The notes beneath the pieces are model-generated. The model worked only from the letters and a program-made list of their open reading frames with translations, made no database searches and was not told the origin of the DNA. 64,000 nt of DNA. Source: Escherichia coli. Lineage in GTDB: Bacteria > Pseudomonadota > Gammaproteobacteria > Enterobacterales > Enterobacteriaceae. A program made the translations under genes and the position numbers. The DNA lies in NCBI RefSeq assembly GCF_003019035.1, contig NZ_CP027447.1; one strand, 5' to 3'. This document shows positions 1-9,886 of this stretch, in pieces. Position 1 is the stretch's first letter; each line of letters starts with the position of its first letter.

Positions 1-922
1 TCACCGTAACCATTGAACTGAACGGTACATTGGCGGCGGCATCCATCATTGCTTTACAGGCAGCCATCGACAGATTGAGGAAGAAGTGATCGTTACCGGT
101 GATAAATGCCACGACGCGCTGGATATGTTCCTGTGGAAGAGAGCAGGCCAGCAATGCCGGGAGCAGGCGCTTAATCAGCAAACCGGTAGCGGCAGCATTG
201 CGGTTATGAACTTCATCCCCCATATGCAGCGCCTGCGCCATTAATGGCTTGAGTTCCAGCTCGCCGTGTTGTGCGATTGCTGCTTTCATTGCCGGCGCCA
301 GTTCATCGCGCATCCAGGCCAGACGATTGAGAACTTCATCGTTATTGGCGCCAAAACGGAGAACCTTACCCAGACCTTCATTGAAATTGCTAAAAGTACG
401 ATGGCCGTTGGTTTTGTTTTCTACCACCCATAACGGCATCGACGGGCTGATGATGCCTGCCATTGGGCCAACCGCGTGATAATGATGACAAGGGGCAAGG
501 TCGATTTCGCCTGCGTTTATTTGGTTTTCAGCGTCTTGCTGGCTGGTGGCCCAACCTTCGTACAGCATGGCACCAATAATCGCCCCTTTTACCGGACCAC
601 ACATCTCTTCCCAGGCAATCGGCGGGCCAGAGTGCAAAATACGTTTTTGTTCAGCCATTGCTGGAATGGCCTCTTTAGCGAGCATGACATCCACCAGCAC
701 GGGCTGTGCTTCGAGATAACGTGTCATGGCGATTTGGTTGGCATTTTCTACCAGGGGATGACGTAGCAACGATGCCAGATCCAATCCAGCGTCAATATCG
801 CCTTGTGCTGGTGGCTGCCAGTTGAGTGCAATTGCGCTTCCCCCGGCATGTTGAATATTGTCAGCAAAACTGTGTAGTCCCGCGTTCACGACCTTCAAAG
901 GCTGATTAAATAAGGTATTCAT
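1..922 (-). CDS. DUF1116-family protein (YlbE/YahG-like), partial; 3-prime end lies beyond the window start
   Basis: Minus-strand ATG at 920-922 overlaps the FdrA-like stop (ATGA); manual translation runs to the window edge (MNTLFNQPLKVVNAGLHSFADNIQHAGG...). Not in the ORF track because no in-window stop. Family call from memory of the yahEFG/fdrA-ylbEF gene order. Confidence 0.55.
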   Translation of the reverse strand, partial: MNTLFNQPLKVVNAGLHSFADNIQHAGGSAIALNWQPPAQGDIDAGLDLASLLRHPLVENANQIAMTRYLEAQPVLVDVMLAKEAIPAMAEQKRILHSGPPIAWEEMCGPVKGAIIGAMLYEGWATSQQDAENQINAGEIDLAPCHHYHAVGPMAGIISPSMPLWVVENKTNGHRTFSNFNEGLGKVLRFGANNDEVLNRLAWMRDELAPAMKAAIAQHGELELKPLMAQALHMGDEVHNRNAAATGLLIKRLLPALLACSLPQEHIQRVVAFITGNDHFFLNLSMAACKAMMDAAANVPFSSMVTV

Positions 923-2478
923 GCGTTTAGCCCCTTTTTCTGCAACTGAGTCTGTGCAACGGTGCTGGCCCATAACGCCGCCTGTGCATTGCTGCTGGCG
1001 ATGATGACCCCTGCATTTTGTAGTGCGCTTATCTGCTGACTGCGTATTTGCGGATCAGCTTCCGTTCCGCAAACGTGCGCAATCAGCAACGGTGCGTTAT
1101 TCATGTCGATGTGTGAAAGTTGGTCCAGTAATTCGCTGGCAGGCGTCGTGGAAGCGCCATAACCAAGTACCAGGTCGAATAACACGACGGCAGTGTGTGA
1201 GTCGTTGAGTTCGTTGAGCAGACGTTGATTGCGCAGAGTCGGGTCGATCATTGGATGCGGTTTGCCACGGGTGAAATCATCGTCGCCCATATCGATCAAC
1301 GTGTGATCTTCGCTTTGCCAGATATTTGCCAGAGCACGATTACCCGCAACTGGCGTATTGGAGGCTGCGCTGAATCCCTTTTGTTGGCAGATAAGTTGCG
1401 CTTCGTAGCAGAAGGTTCCTCCGGCGAAAACACCGCGTATCGCCTGGCGATGGGCTGGCAGGCGCTGGCAGGCGTTTTGTAACATTGTGAGATCGTCGCA
1501 GGAAATTTCGGTCTCGATAGTCGGAATTGGTTGATCATTCAGTAACGCCACGGCGATATTTGCGGCGCTGGCAAGTGTGGTGGCGGCAGTGATATTGGGA
1601 CGTGCCAGATCATGCGGATTCGCACCGAGGAAATTCACCACCACGGGTTTTCCACAAGCCTCGGCACGCTCCAGAATAGTCCGGGCAACGATCGGTGAAG
1701 GCGGTTTTGAAATAAGCACAATCACGCGAGTTTCATCGTCTTGCGCCAGCGCATCTAAAGCGAAGAGCATCGATATTCCACCAATCTCTTCACTGAGATC
1801 ATGTCCGCCTGTTCCCAACGCCTGAGAAATACCCGCTCCGAGCTGGTCGATTCGGCAAGTCACTTCCTGTAGCCCGGTGCCTGACGCGCCAATAACACCA
1901 ATTGCTCCGCGTTTCACCACATTAGCGAAGCCTAACGGAATGCCGTTAACAATGGCGGTTCCACAGTCAGGTCCCATTACGATGCGCTGACGTTCTCGGG
2001 CAAGCGTTTTGATGGATTTTTCCTGCACGATACTGACGTTATCGCTGAACATCATCACGTTCATTCCGAGGTTTAACGCTTTAATTGCTTCGGCGGCGGC
2101 GTAGTCTCCCGGTACAGAAATGAGTGCCAGGTTGGCTTCGGGCTCGGCTTCCAGTGCCATTTCCAGGCTGACCTTTTCCGGTGATTTAATGCCACTATCC
2201 GTTTCATCATCGGGTTTGCTGGTCAGACGTTGCTGGGCCAGTACCAGTGCTTCATTGCAAATATCTTCTTCACCCATGACTGCAATCACTAAATCATTGG
2301 GACTGGCGTTGATTTCGTTACCCAGACCCGCATCGCGCAATTGTTCGAGATTATTGGGCGTTCCCATGACGACCGAGGCCTGTTGAATACCGGGCAACTT
2401 GCTGATTTGTGCGGAAATCTGCATCAGAGAAACTGAGTCCTGATAAAGATTACTGAAAACTTTATATTTAACTTTCAT
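919..2478 (-). CDS. FdrA/YahF-like protein (succinyl-CoA synthetase alpha-like CoA-binding family), 519 aa
   Basis: ORF track 519 aa; Gly-rich CoA-binding motifs (GVIGASGTG, MGPDCGT); length and neighbours match FdrA/YahF paralogs. Confidence 0.8.
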   Translation of the reverse strand: MKVKYKVFSNLYQDSVSLMQISAQISKLPGIQQASVVMGTPNNLEQLRDAGLGNEINASPNDLVIAVMGEEDICNEALVLAQQRLTSKPDDETDSGIKSPEKVSLEMALEAEPEANLALISVPGDYAAAEAIKALNLGMNVMMFSDNVSIVQEKSIKTLARERQRIVMGPDCGTAIVNGIPLGFANVVKRGAIGVIGASGTGLQEVTCRIDQLGAGISQALGTGGHDLSEEIGGISMLFALDALAQDDETRVIVLISKPPSPIVARTILERAEACGKPVVVNFLGANPHDLARPNITAATTLASAANIAVALLNDQPIPTIETEISCDDLTMLQNACQRLPAHRQAIRGVFAGGTFCYEAQLICQQKGFSAASNTPVAGNRALANIWQSEDHTLIDMGDDDFTRGKPHPMIDPTLRNQRLLNELNDSHTAVVLFDLVLGYGASTTPASELLDQLSHIDMNNAPLLIAHVCGTEADPQIRSQQISALQNAGVIIASSNAQAALWASTVAQTQLQKKGLNA

Positions 2479-2572
2479 GCTGTTACGCCTGTTTCATTCC
2501 GCCCGATAGCAAAATTCGGGCAAAGTATCCCCGTGTAGCCCCATAAACGGGCTACGGGAGAAAAGGTTGAAA

Positions 2573-3433
2573 TCAATTCATGGTGTTCAGGGTTCGAAAG
2601 CCATGCAGCATTCCTGCAAGGCAATCTACTCCTGACGTTGCGCCAAATTGCATGACCTGTTCTGCACAGGATGCGATTGTCATTGCCGATGCGCTCCCAA
2701 CCAGTTGTGCGAGTAACTGGCAAATCGGTTCTGAAAAATGTCCCTGAAGCGCACGCTCCAGATAATGACGACTGATATCCGTGGTGTTGTGCGCATGTTG
2801 ATCAATTGCCTGCTGCAACCGGTATTGATGATCGGCAAGTGGTGCAGGGAGTTGCCATAACCAGAGCGCTGCCAGATAGCCCAACAAATAGTCATCTCCA
2901 TCGGGCGTTAAGCCTTTACCAAAGCCGATCAGTTGTGGCACCTGGCGTTCCAGCGCATCTGGATGCTCCATAATCGCTAATCCCTGGTGCGTGAGACTAT
3001 CCGGCAGGTGCAATGTGCTTTGAACGTTATGTTCCAGACAAAATAAAAGCCGTTGCGATGCCATCGTTGGGTAGTGCTGGAAAACCAAAGGGAATGCCTC
3101 AAGTGTCAGCATTCCCCCCACAAATGGCGACTGCCAGAGCGTTGCGTTATCGAGCGCCACACAAAATCGAGGTGTCCGCAGTAAGCCTGGGGTTAACTGA
3201 ATGGGATCTGAATGGGCAATCTCTCTTCGCCAGTCCCAACATTCAGGTAGCCAGACTCTGGCAGCATCAGGGAGATTCAGATACGTTTGCGCACACAACA
3301 GAGTGATGAATGTTCCCGCGTCTGAATACAGATTTACCGCATGTTTAAAAGCGCTATGCAGACGTAAATCTTGCGTTTCATTCTGCGGGAAAATATATCC
3401 CAACGACGATGCGCAAAGCGTAACCTGTACCAT
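2573..3433 (-). CDS. DUF2877-like protein (YahE/YlbF-like), 286 aa
   Basis: ORF track 286 aa; sits immediately upstream of the FdrA-like gene as yahE does before yahF; GLTPDGDD motif. Family assignment from memory, unverified. Confidence 0.5.
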   Translation of the reverse strand: MVQVTLCASSLGYIFPQNETQDLRLHSAFKHAVNLYSDAGTFITLLCAQTYLNLPDAARVWLPECWDWRREIAHSDPIQLTPGLLRTPRFCVALDNATLWQSPFVGGMLTLEAFPLVFQHYPTMASQRLLFCLEHNVQSTLHLPDSLTHQGLAIMEHPDALERQVPQLIGFGKGLTPDGDDYLLGYLAALWLWQLPAPLADHQYRLQQAIDQHAHNTTDISRHYLERALQGHFSEPICQLLAQLVGSASAMTIASCAEQVMQFGATSGVDCLAGMLHGFRTLNTMN

Positions 3434-3438
3434 CGGCG

Positions 3439-4107
3439 TTAGCCTTCCAGACCTGCAATAATGGCTTTGGAATCAGTAACCCAACCGAAAATGGCACCTT
3501 GTGCTTTGATCATCTCGAGGGCGTATTTCTGGAATTCCGGGAAATAGGAGCCGACACAATCTTCCGGGATAATGCATTCATAGCCACGATCATTTGCTTC
3601 GCGCACGGTGGTGGTTACGCAAACTTCGGTTGTAACACCACAAACTATCAGCGTCTTGATACCGTGGTTTTGCAAAATCAGATGTAAGTCGGTTTGATAA
3701 AACGCGCCTTTGCCAGGCTTATCAATCACCGGTTCGCCTGCCACCGGGTACAGTTCAGGAATGATGTCATGACCTGCTTCACCTCTGACCAGAATGCGTC
3801 CCATCGGTCCTGGTTCACCAATAAAGGTTTTTCCGCCGCGCGTCAGTTTGGCTGGCGGGCAGTCGCTTAAGTCTGCACGATGGCCTTCACGAGTATGAAT
3901 AACCATAATTCCTTTTTGACGTGCGGCTGCCAGCACCTCTGTACATGGTGCGATAGCCGTGCGTACCAGTGAAACATCATTGCCCAGTGCCTCACCGAAG
4001 CCCCCTGCTTCGACAAAGTCACGCTGCATGTCGATCATGACCAGTGCAGTTGTGCGCGGATCAAAAGGTAATTCAAAGGGTTGAGCCTGAAAAATGGATT
4101 GCGTCAT
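3439..4107 (-). CDS. Isochorismatase-family cysteine hydrolase, 222 aa
   Basis: ORF track 222 aa; N-terminal LVMIDMQRDF motif typical of the isochorismatase/CSHase fold; 5-nt gap to the next gene suggests an operon. Confidence 0.75.
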   Translation of the reverse strand: MTQSIFQAQPFELPFDPRTTALVMIDMQRDFVEAGGFGEALGNDVSLVRTAIAPCTEVLAAARQKGIMVIHTREGHRADLSDCPPAKLTRGGKTFIGEPGPMGRILVRGEAGHDIIPELYPVAGEPVIDKPGKGAFYQTDLHLILQNHGIKTLIVCGVTTEVCVTTTVREANDRGYECIIPEDCVGSYFPEFQKYALEMIKAQGAIFGWVTDSKAIIAGLEG

Positions 4108-4363
4108 GGTAAATCTCCTGTCTGATGTTTAAACGATCCAGTTGTTCTGAGAACGAGTATTCAGGAGAAAAGCGGCACAAAACAGGAAAAAAGTTTGCCG
4201 CACAGCAACGAAATTTTTGCATTCAGCAGGTGGTGTGATGACGAATGTGAAGGGAGTCAAAGAGTGGCATACAGCAACAAATTTTTTGATGCTGTATGGT
4301 TTTGAGATTAAAAAAATCGTTGAAATTGTGTGAGCTTAATCATCAGATTTAGCGACTATGGCG

Positions 4364-5173
4364 TTACTTTTTAACACCATACTGTGTAAACCATTCCAAC
4401 ATTCGCTGCCAGCCGTCTTTCGCAGACTCGGCATGATAGCTCGGACGATAATCGGCGTTGAACGCATGCCCTGCATCCGGGTAGACGATAATCTCTGCTT
4501 TCGCGTTTGCTGCCCGCAGCGCCTGGCGCATCGTTTCCACGCTCTCTTGCGGAATGCTGTTATCCTGGCCGCCATATAAGCCGAGAACCGGCGCGTTAAG
4601 ATCGGTTGCGATATCAACAGGTTGTTTCGGTGAATTCAGCGACTTATCGCCCGTCAGTTTGCCGTACCACGCCACTGCGGCTTTTAGCTGTGGATTATGC
4701 GCGGCATACAGCCAGGTGATACGTCCACCCCAGCAGAATCCGGTGATCATTAAACGATGAACATCGCCGCCGTTGCGGGAAGCCCAACTGGCGACATGAT
4801 CGAGATCGGCCAGCACCTGCGAGTCAGGCACTTTTGCTACCAGACCGCTAAGCAACGTGGGGATATCGGCAAAATCATTCGGATCGCCTTCGCGGAAGTA
4901 AAGTTCAGGTGCGATAGCCAGATACCCCTCCAGCGCCAGACGGCGACAAATATCGCGGATATGTTCATGCACGCCAAAAATTTCCTGCACTACAATGACC
5001 ACTGGCAGTGGGCCATCGCTTTGCTTTGGTCTGGCATGGTAAGCAGGCATGTTATCCCCTTGTGAAGGGATAGAGGTGAAGCCCGCCACAATCGCGTCGT
5101 CCGGAGTCTGAACGATGGTCGAAGCGAGAGGCGATGCAGCAGGTGCAAATCCAGATTGTTGTGTTGTTGCCAT
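4364..5173 (-). CDS. ysgA: Dienelactone hydrolase family protein
   Basis: ORF track 291 aa begins at an upstream GTG; the internal Met (MATTQQSG...) follows an RBS (GGAGAA) and gives about 269 aa; GFCWGG nucleophile motif. Confidence 0.75.
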   Translation of the reverse strand: MATTQQSGFAPAASPLASTIVQTPDDAIVAGFTSIPSQGDNMPAYHARPKQSDGPLPVVIVVQEIFGVHEHIRDICRRLALEGYLAIAPELYFREGDPNDFADIPTLLSGLVAKVPDSQVLADLDHVASWASRNGGDVHRLMITGFCWGGRITWLYAAHNPQLKAAVAWYGKLTGDKSLNSPKQPVDIATDLNAPVLGLYGGQDNSIPQESVETMRQALRAANAKAEIIVYPDAGHAFNADYRPSYHAESAKDGWQRMLEWFTQYGVKK

Positions 5174-5291
5174 GGTATTCTCCGTACCCTTATAAAAATG
5201 TTGCGCAATGTTAACTATAGTCAGCATGCAACAAATCACATTGCCTGAATCGGCTCATCTTTTATGCAGTCCTGCAGAATGAAGAGTGATT

Positions 5292-5361
5292 TATGTGATT
5301 TGCATCACTTTTGGCGGGTAAATTTATGCAACGCATTTTCGTCATGGTGATGAGTATCACG
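5292..5361 (+). promoter_or_regulatory. udp promoter region with two CRP-like sites (TGTGA-N6-TCAC)
   Basis: tgtgatttgcatcact near 5294-5309 and gtgatgagtatcac near 5347-5360, upstream of udp; udp is a known CRP/CytR-regulated gene. Confidence 0.5.
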
Positions 5362-5434
5362 AAAAAATGTTAAACCCTTCGGTAAAGTGTCTTTTTGCTT
5401 CTTCTGACTAAACCGATTCACAGAGGAGTTGTAT

Positions 5435-6199
5435 ATGTCCAAGTCTGATGTTTTTCATCTCGGCCTCACTAAAAACGATTTACAAGGGGCTACGCTTGCC
5501 ATCGTCCCTGGCGACCCGGATCGTGTGGAAAAGATCGCCGCGCTGATGGATAAGCCGGTTAAGCTGGCATCTCACCGCGAATTCACCACCTGGCGTGCAG
5601 AGCTGGATGGTAAACCTGTTATCGTCTGCTCTACCGGTATCGGCGGCCCGTCTACCTCTATTGCTGTTGAAGAGCTGGCACAGCTGGGCATTCGCACCTT
5701 CCTGCGTATCGGTACAACGGGCGCTATTCAGCCGCATATTAATGTGGGTGATGTCCTGGTTACCACGGCGTCTGTTCGTCTGGATGGCGCGAGCCTGCAC
5801 TTCGCACCGCTGGAATTCCCGGCTGTCGCTGATTTCGAATGTACGACTGCGCTGGTTGAAGCTGCGAAATCCATTGGCGCGACGACTCACGTTGGTGTGA
5901 CGGCTTCTTCTGATACCTTCTACCCGGGTCAGGAACGTTACGATACTTACTCTGGTCGCGTAGTCCGTCACTTTAAAGGTTCTATGGAAGAGTGGCAGGC
6001 GATGGGCGTAATGAACTATGAAATGGAATCTGCAACCCTGCTGACCATGTGTGCAAGTCAGGGCCTGCGTGCCGGTATGGTAGCGGGGGTTATCGTTAAC
6101 CGCACCCAGCAAGAGATCCCGAATGCTGAGACGATGAAACAAACCGAAAGCCATGCGGTGAAAATCGTGGTGGAAGCGGCGCGTCGTCTGCTGAAATAA
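5435..6199 (+). CDS. udp: Uridine phosphorylase
   Basis: Protein [35 protein letters not shown]... matches E. coli Udp from memory; RBS GAGGAG upstream; ORF track start (5429) is an upstream TTG. Confidence 0.95.
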   Translation: MSKSDVFHLGLTKNDLQGATLAIVPGDPDRVEKIAALMDKPVKLASHREFTTWRAELDGKPVIVCSTGIGGPSTSIAVEELAQLGIRTFLRIGTTGAIQPHINVGDVLVTTASVRLDGASLHFAPLEFPAVADFECTTALVEAAKSIGATTHVGVTASSDTFYPGQERYDTYSGRVVRHFKGSMEEWQAMGVMNYEMESATLLTMCASQGLRAGMVAGVIVNRTQQEIPNAETMKQTESHAVKIVVEAARRLLK

Positions 6200-6203
6200 A
6201 AAA

Positions 6204-6225
6204 CGCTCCCCAACGTCGGGGAGCG
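6204..6225. terminator. GC-rich stem-loop between convergent udp and tctA; putative bidirectional terminator
   Basis: cgctcccc/ggggagcg inverted repeat with an A-run on the plus side (U-run for the minus-strand transcript). Confidence 0.55.
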
Positions 6226-6232
6226 ATATCAG

Positions 6233-7723
6233 TTATTGACGCCGTAAACGCATTATTTTGCGGATTATTGGCGTCAGTAGCGTAAAGGCTGCCAGAGTCA
6301 GCAATGCCAGAGTGATCGGTCGGGTATACAGAAAGTCGAGTGACCCACCAGAAAGCGACAGCGCACGGCGAAAATTACTTTCCGCCATTGGCCCCATAAT
6401 CAATGCCAGCACTACGGGTGACGCCGGATACCCCCCTTTTTGCATGAAATAGCCCACCACGCCTGCAATCAGCATAATGCCAACATCAAAAAGGCTATTG
6501 TTCAACGCATAAGTCCCGACCACACAAAGTGCGAGGATCATCGGTGTGAGAATATTGCCGGGAATTTTCACCACATTACCGATGACTTTCAAAGAGAGCA
6601 GTCCAAGAACTAGTAGCATGAAGTAACAGAAGATCATGCCGACAAACAGTGTATAAACCATATCGCCGTGGTCGGTAAACATCAGCGGGCCTGGTTGCAT
6701 TCCCTGTAACGTTAACGCGCCCAGCATGATGGCAGTTACCGCATCGCCAGGGATCCCCAGCGTCAGCATAGGTAACAATGCGCCACCGGTGCAGCCATTC
6801 GCGCCTGCCTCACAGGAGGCCACAGCTTTAATTTCACCCTTACCAAAGTTTTCTGGTGTCTTACTGAAACGACGAGTTTCGTTATAGGCAACAAAAGCTG
6901 CAATATCCGCCCCCGCACCGGGGATCATGCCGATAAAAACCCCTAATCCTGATGAGCGCAAAATGGTTAATGCAATGCGGCGTAGTGTCTGCCAGGGCAG
7001 TAACAGACTGCCGATAGCCACCTTCGCCCCCTGACGAATTTGCTGGTTTTGCTCCATAGAGCGGAATGCTTCTGAAGCAGCAAATAAACCAATCATCACC
7101 GGGATAAATGGCACATTCATCAGCTCCACAAATCCACCTGTAAACCGTGGAAAACCGCCCATTGGATCAAGGCCTATCGTTGCGATCAGCAATCCGCCAA
7201 CCCCGGCAATCAGCCCTTTAATCAGTGACTCACCGGAAATACTGGCAATAATGCTCAGTCCGAAGGTTGCCAGGGCGAAGGACTCCGAGGCACTAAATTT
7301 CAGCGCCCAACTGGCAAGTACCGGAGAGAGAAACATCAGCACGATAATGCTGAGCGTTCCGCCACTAAAGGAAGAGAACGTGGCGGCACTCAATGCCAGC
7401 CCTGCTTTTCCCTGTTTCGTCAGCTCATAACCATCAATAGCGGTGGCTGCGGCGGCAGGCGTTCCGGGAATTTTGAGCAAAATTGCGGTGATAGAACCAC
7501 CGTAGACGCCACCAAAAAAGACGCCGCAAATCATCAACAAGCCAGAAACAGGCTCCATGCCGTAGGTGAAAGGCAGCAAAATCGCCACACCCATGGTCGC
7601 TGTCAGACCAGGCAAAGCGCCAATCACAATACCCAGCATCACCCCAAAAGTGGCAAACAGCAGCGCCTGAGGATTATTGAGTAATGTCGAAAAACCCTGA
7701 GTTAAAAGTTCACTTTCAAACAT
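6233..7723 (-). CDS. Tripartite tricarboxylate transporter large permease, TctA family, 496 aa
   Basis: ORF track 496 aa; highly hydrophobic, Gly/Ala-rich polytopic membrane protein of TctA size and composition. Confidence 0.8.
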   Translation of the reverse strand: MFESELLTQGFSTLLNNPQALLFATFGVMLGIVIGALPGLTATMGVAILLPFTYGMEPVSGLLMICGVFFGGVYGGSITAILLKIPGTPAAAATAIDGYELTKQGKAGLALSAATFSSFSGGTLSIIVLMFLSPVLASWALKFSASESFALATFGLSIIASISGESLIKGLIAGVGGLLIATIGLDPMGGFPRFTGGFVELMNVPFIPVMIGLFAASEAFRSMEQNQQIRQGAKVAIGSLLLPWQTLRRIALTILRSSGLGVFIGMIPGAGADIAAFVAYNETRRFSKTPENFGKGEIKAVASCEAGANGCTGGALLPMLTLGIPGDAVTAIMLGALTLQGMQPGPLMFTDHGDMVYTLFVGMIFCYFMLLVLGLLSLKVIGNVVKIPGNILTPMILALCVVGTYALNNSLFDVGIMLIAGVVGYFMQKGGYPASPVVLALIMGPMAESNFRRALSLSGGSLDFLYTRPITLALLTLAAFTLLTPIIRKIMRLRRQ

Positions 7724-7735
7724 TGCTGGCCCCTG

Positions 7736-8242
7736 TTATTCGAAAAATGTGCCGACAGGCAATGGCACCTGTAACGCTTCGACAAACAGCAACCAGAGGA
7801 TTGCCGTTAACAGCAGCGCAATACCCGGTGTGAGTACCCATCGCCTGTAGCCCATCAACGTCATAATGACGATGAGGAAAACAGGAGTAGTAATGAGATA
7901 ACCGCAGTAGCCCATCGTCACAATATAAAACGCGGTTGCCGCAATTCCTGTTGCCGTTTTCCTGAATGCCGGTTTTTCCTGTGCGTTGGCGCAAGAGGCT
8001 GGTTTTGCCTGCAAAAGATCGCGTATCACCAGCAAGACAGCGAGCACAATCAGGGCACAGGCATAGAAGGTAGGGAAGGCACTTGCACCGGGATCCGTTT
8101 CAATGGCAGTTGCTGGAAAATCAGCGGCATTAATCATCACCGCGCCAGCAACCACACAAAGTAACAGCGCCACCACCATCGTTGATGAAAGGCGCTTGCG
8201 GTGCGGTACGGCGAGTTGAGCAACAGACTGTTTTGTGTTCAT
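7736..8242 (-). CDS. Tripartite tricarboxylate transporter small permease, TctB family, about 168 aa
   Basis: Small hydrophobic protein between the TctC-like and TctA-like genes; start taken at the ATG one codon inside the track start (TTG). Confidence 0.65.
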   Translation of the reverse strand: MNTKQSVAQLAVPHRKRLSSTMVVALLLCVVAGAVMINAADFPATAIETDPGASAFPTFYACALIVLAVLLVIRDLLQAKPASCANAQEKPAFRKTATGIAATAFYIVTMGYCGYLITTPVFLIVIMTLMGYRRWVLTPGIALLLTAILWLLFVEALQVPLPVGTFFE

Positions 8243-8258
8243 CAACCGTACCTCAGGT

Positions 8259-9233
8259 TTATTTTTTCAGGCCCAGGCGAGTCAGCAACTCGTCAAAGTA
8301 CTTTTCCTGTTCGCTGATTTGGGTCTGGAAGCTGGCAGCGTCAAGCCATGCATAGTTGAGATTCAACTTTTGCAGTGCATCCTGGAATGCAGGCTCTTCA
8401 GCCGTCTCTTTTGCTGCCTTTGCCAGAACATCCACCACATCCTGCGGCGTTTTTTGCGACACAATCAGGCCGCGCCAGGTGCCGATGGAGAGATCAACGC
8501 CTTTCTCTTTTAACGTCGGGACGTCAGGCATGGTTTTCATTCGCTCATCCGCCATCACTACCAGTGTCTTCAGCTTGCCGCCTTTCACATGGTTGATAAC
8601 TTCACCTGGGCTTACGGAAACCGCTTCAATATGCCCGCCTAACAGACCTGTAATGGCAGGAGCTGCGCCGTCATACGGGACATGGGAAAACTTTGCGCTC
8701 GTTTTGTCTTCCAGTGCAGCTGCCGCCAGATGCCAGATAGCTCCGGTGCCTGAGTTACCAATGCGTACTTTTCCGGGATTCGCTTTGGCGTAAGTCATAA
8801 ATTCTTCATAGCTATTCCACGGCGCATCGGCACGGACGGTGATAGCCGCCGGATCCGCATTCAGACGGGCAATGGGTTTAAAGTCGCTGGTTTTAAAACG
8901 CACCATTCCGAGGCTGGGAAGGGTGGTCAGTTCAACCGTGCCTAAACCAATTTTGTAACCGTTAGGGCGGGCAGCGGCGATTTCACTCAGGCCGATAGCG
9001 CCGCCACCGCCAGGTTTATTGATAACTCCGATGCTGACGGGCAAATGGTTTTTGGCGGCATCAGCAAAGGCACGGGCCACCAGGTCCGTACCGCCTCCGG
9101 CAGCGTAGGGAACGATTAGCTCGATCTGTTTGGTTGGGTAGGAGGCAGCCTGTACAGGCGCAGTGCTGAGGGCAGCGCCTGCAATAAGTACTATCGCAGC
9201 TATTTTTTTCGGTAAGGTAAGATGTTTTATCAT
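8259..9233 (-). CDS. Periplasmic substrate-binding protein, TctC/Bug family, 324 aa
   Basis: Signal peptide (MIKHLTLPKKIAAIVLIAGAALSTAPVQAAS); size and position upstream of tctB/tctA; RBS AAGGA. Confidence 0.8.
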   Translation of the reverse strand: MIKHLTLPKKIAAIVLIAGAALSTAPVQAASYPTKQIELIVPYAAGGGTDLVARAFADAAKNHLPVSIGVINKPGGGGAIGLSEIAAARPNGYKIGLGTVELTTLPSLGMVRFKTSDFKPIARLNADPAAITVRADAPWNSYEEFMTYAKANPGKVRIGNSGTGAIWHLAAAALEDKTSAKFSHVPYDGAAPAITGLLGGHIEAVSVSPGEVINHVKGGKLKTLVVMADERMKTMPDVPTLKEKGVDLSIGTWRGLIVSQKTPQDVVDVLAKAAKETAEEPAFQDALQKLNLNYAWLDAASFQTQISEQEKYFDELLTRLGLKK

Positions 9234-9256
9234 AGTTTTATATCCTTATTTATCAG

Positions 9257-9886
9257 TTATTTGCTATTTAAATTATTCCATGCATTCATAAACAGCACTG
9301 CATTTTCATAGACCTGCTCTGGCGTCATGCCGGGGCGATATAGCGCAGAACCGAGGCCAAAACCGTTTGCGCCGTGGCTCAGATAACGCGCCATTGTTTC
9401 CGGTGTGATACCGCCAACCGGTAACATCGGAACGGATTGCGGAATAACCGCACGCCAGGCTTTGGTGACTTCTGGCGTAATTTGTTCGGCCGGGAACAGC
9501 TTGATGGCATTGGCGCCATGTTCAATGGCAGCAAAAGCTTCGGTGGGCGTAGCGACGCCTGGCGCGCAATACATACCCAGCGCACGGGCGCGACGGATCA
9601 CCGCAGTATCGCAATGCGGCATCACGATAATCTGGCCCCCAGCCTCTTTAACCGCAACCACCTGCTCTACCGAAAGCACAGTTCCGGCTCCGACCAGGCA
9701 GTCCTTAGGCAGGGCGTCGCGCAGTAAACTGATACTTTGCAACGCCTCCGGCGAGTTCATAGGAATCTCAATCAGGCGGAATCCGGCGGCGTACAGTTTT
9801 TCACCGATGGCGACAATCTCATCCGGTTTCACGCCGCGTAAAATGGCGACTAACCCGGTTTTTTGCAAAAGCGTCTTAAATGGCAT
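9257..9886 (-). CDS. 2-dehydro-3-deoxy-6-phosphogalactonate aldolase-like (DgoA/KDPGal aldolase family), about 209 aa
   Basis: Core LVAILRG...EIPMNSP...GAGTVL...GVATPTEAF...FPA...VGGI resembles E. coli DgoA from memory; start set at MPFKTLL (ATG 9884-9886, RBS AGGGAA), overlapping the kinase stop by 11 nt. Confidence 0.8.
   Translation of the reverse strand: MPFKTLLQKTGLVAILRGVKPDEIVAIGEKLYAAGFRLIEIPMNSPEALQSISLLRDALPKDCLVGAGTVLSVEQVVAVKEAGGQIIVMPHCDTAVIRRARALGMYCAPGVATPTEAFAAIEHGANAIKLFPAEQITPEVTKAWRAVIPQSVPMLPVGGITPETMARYLSHGANGFGLGSALYRPGMTPEQVYENAVLFMNAWNNLNSK

Noticed and set aside
249-766. Two short plus-strand ORFs (76 and 96 aa) at the left edge
   Set aside because: They are antisense to the long minus-strand DUF1116-like reading frame that runs from 922 to the window start.
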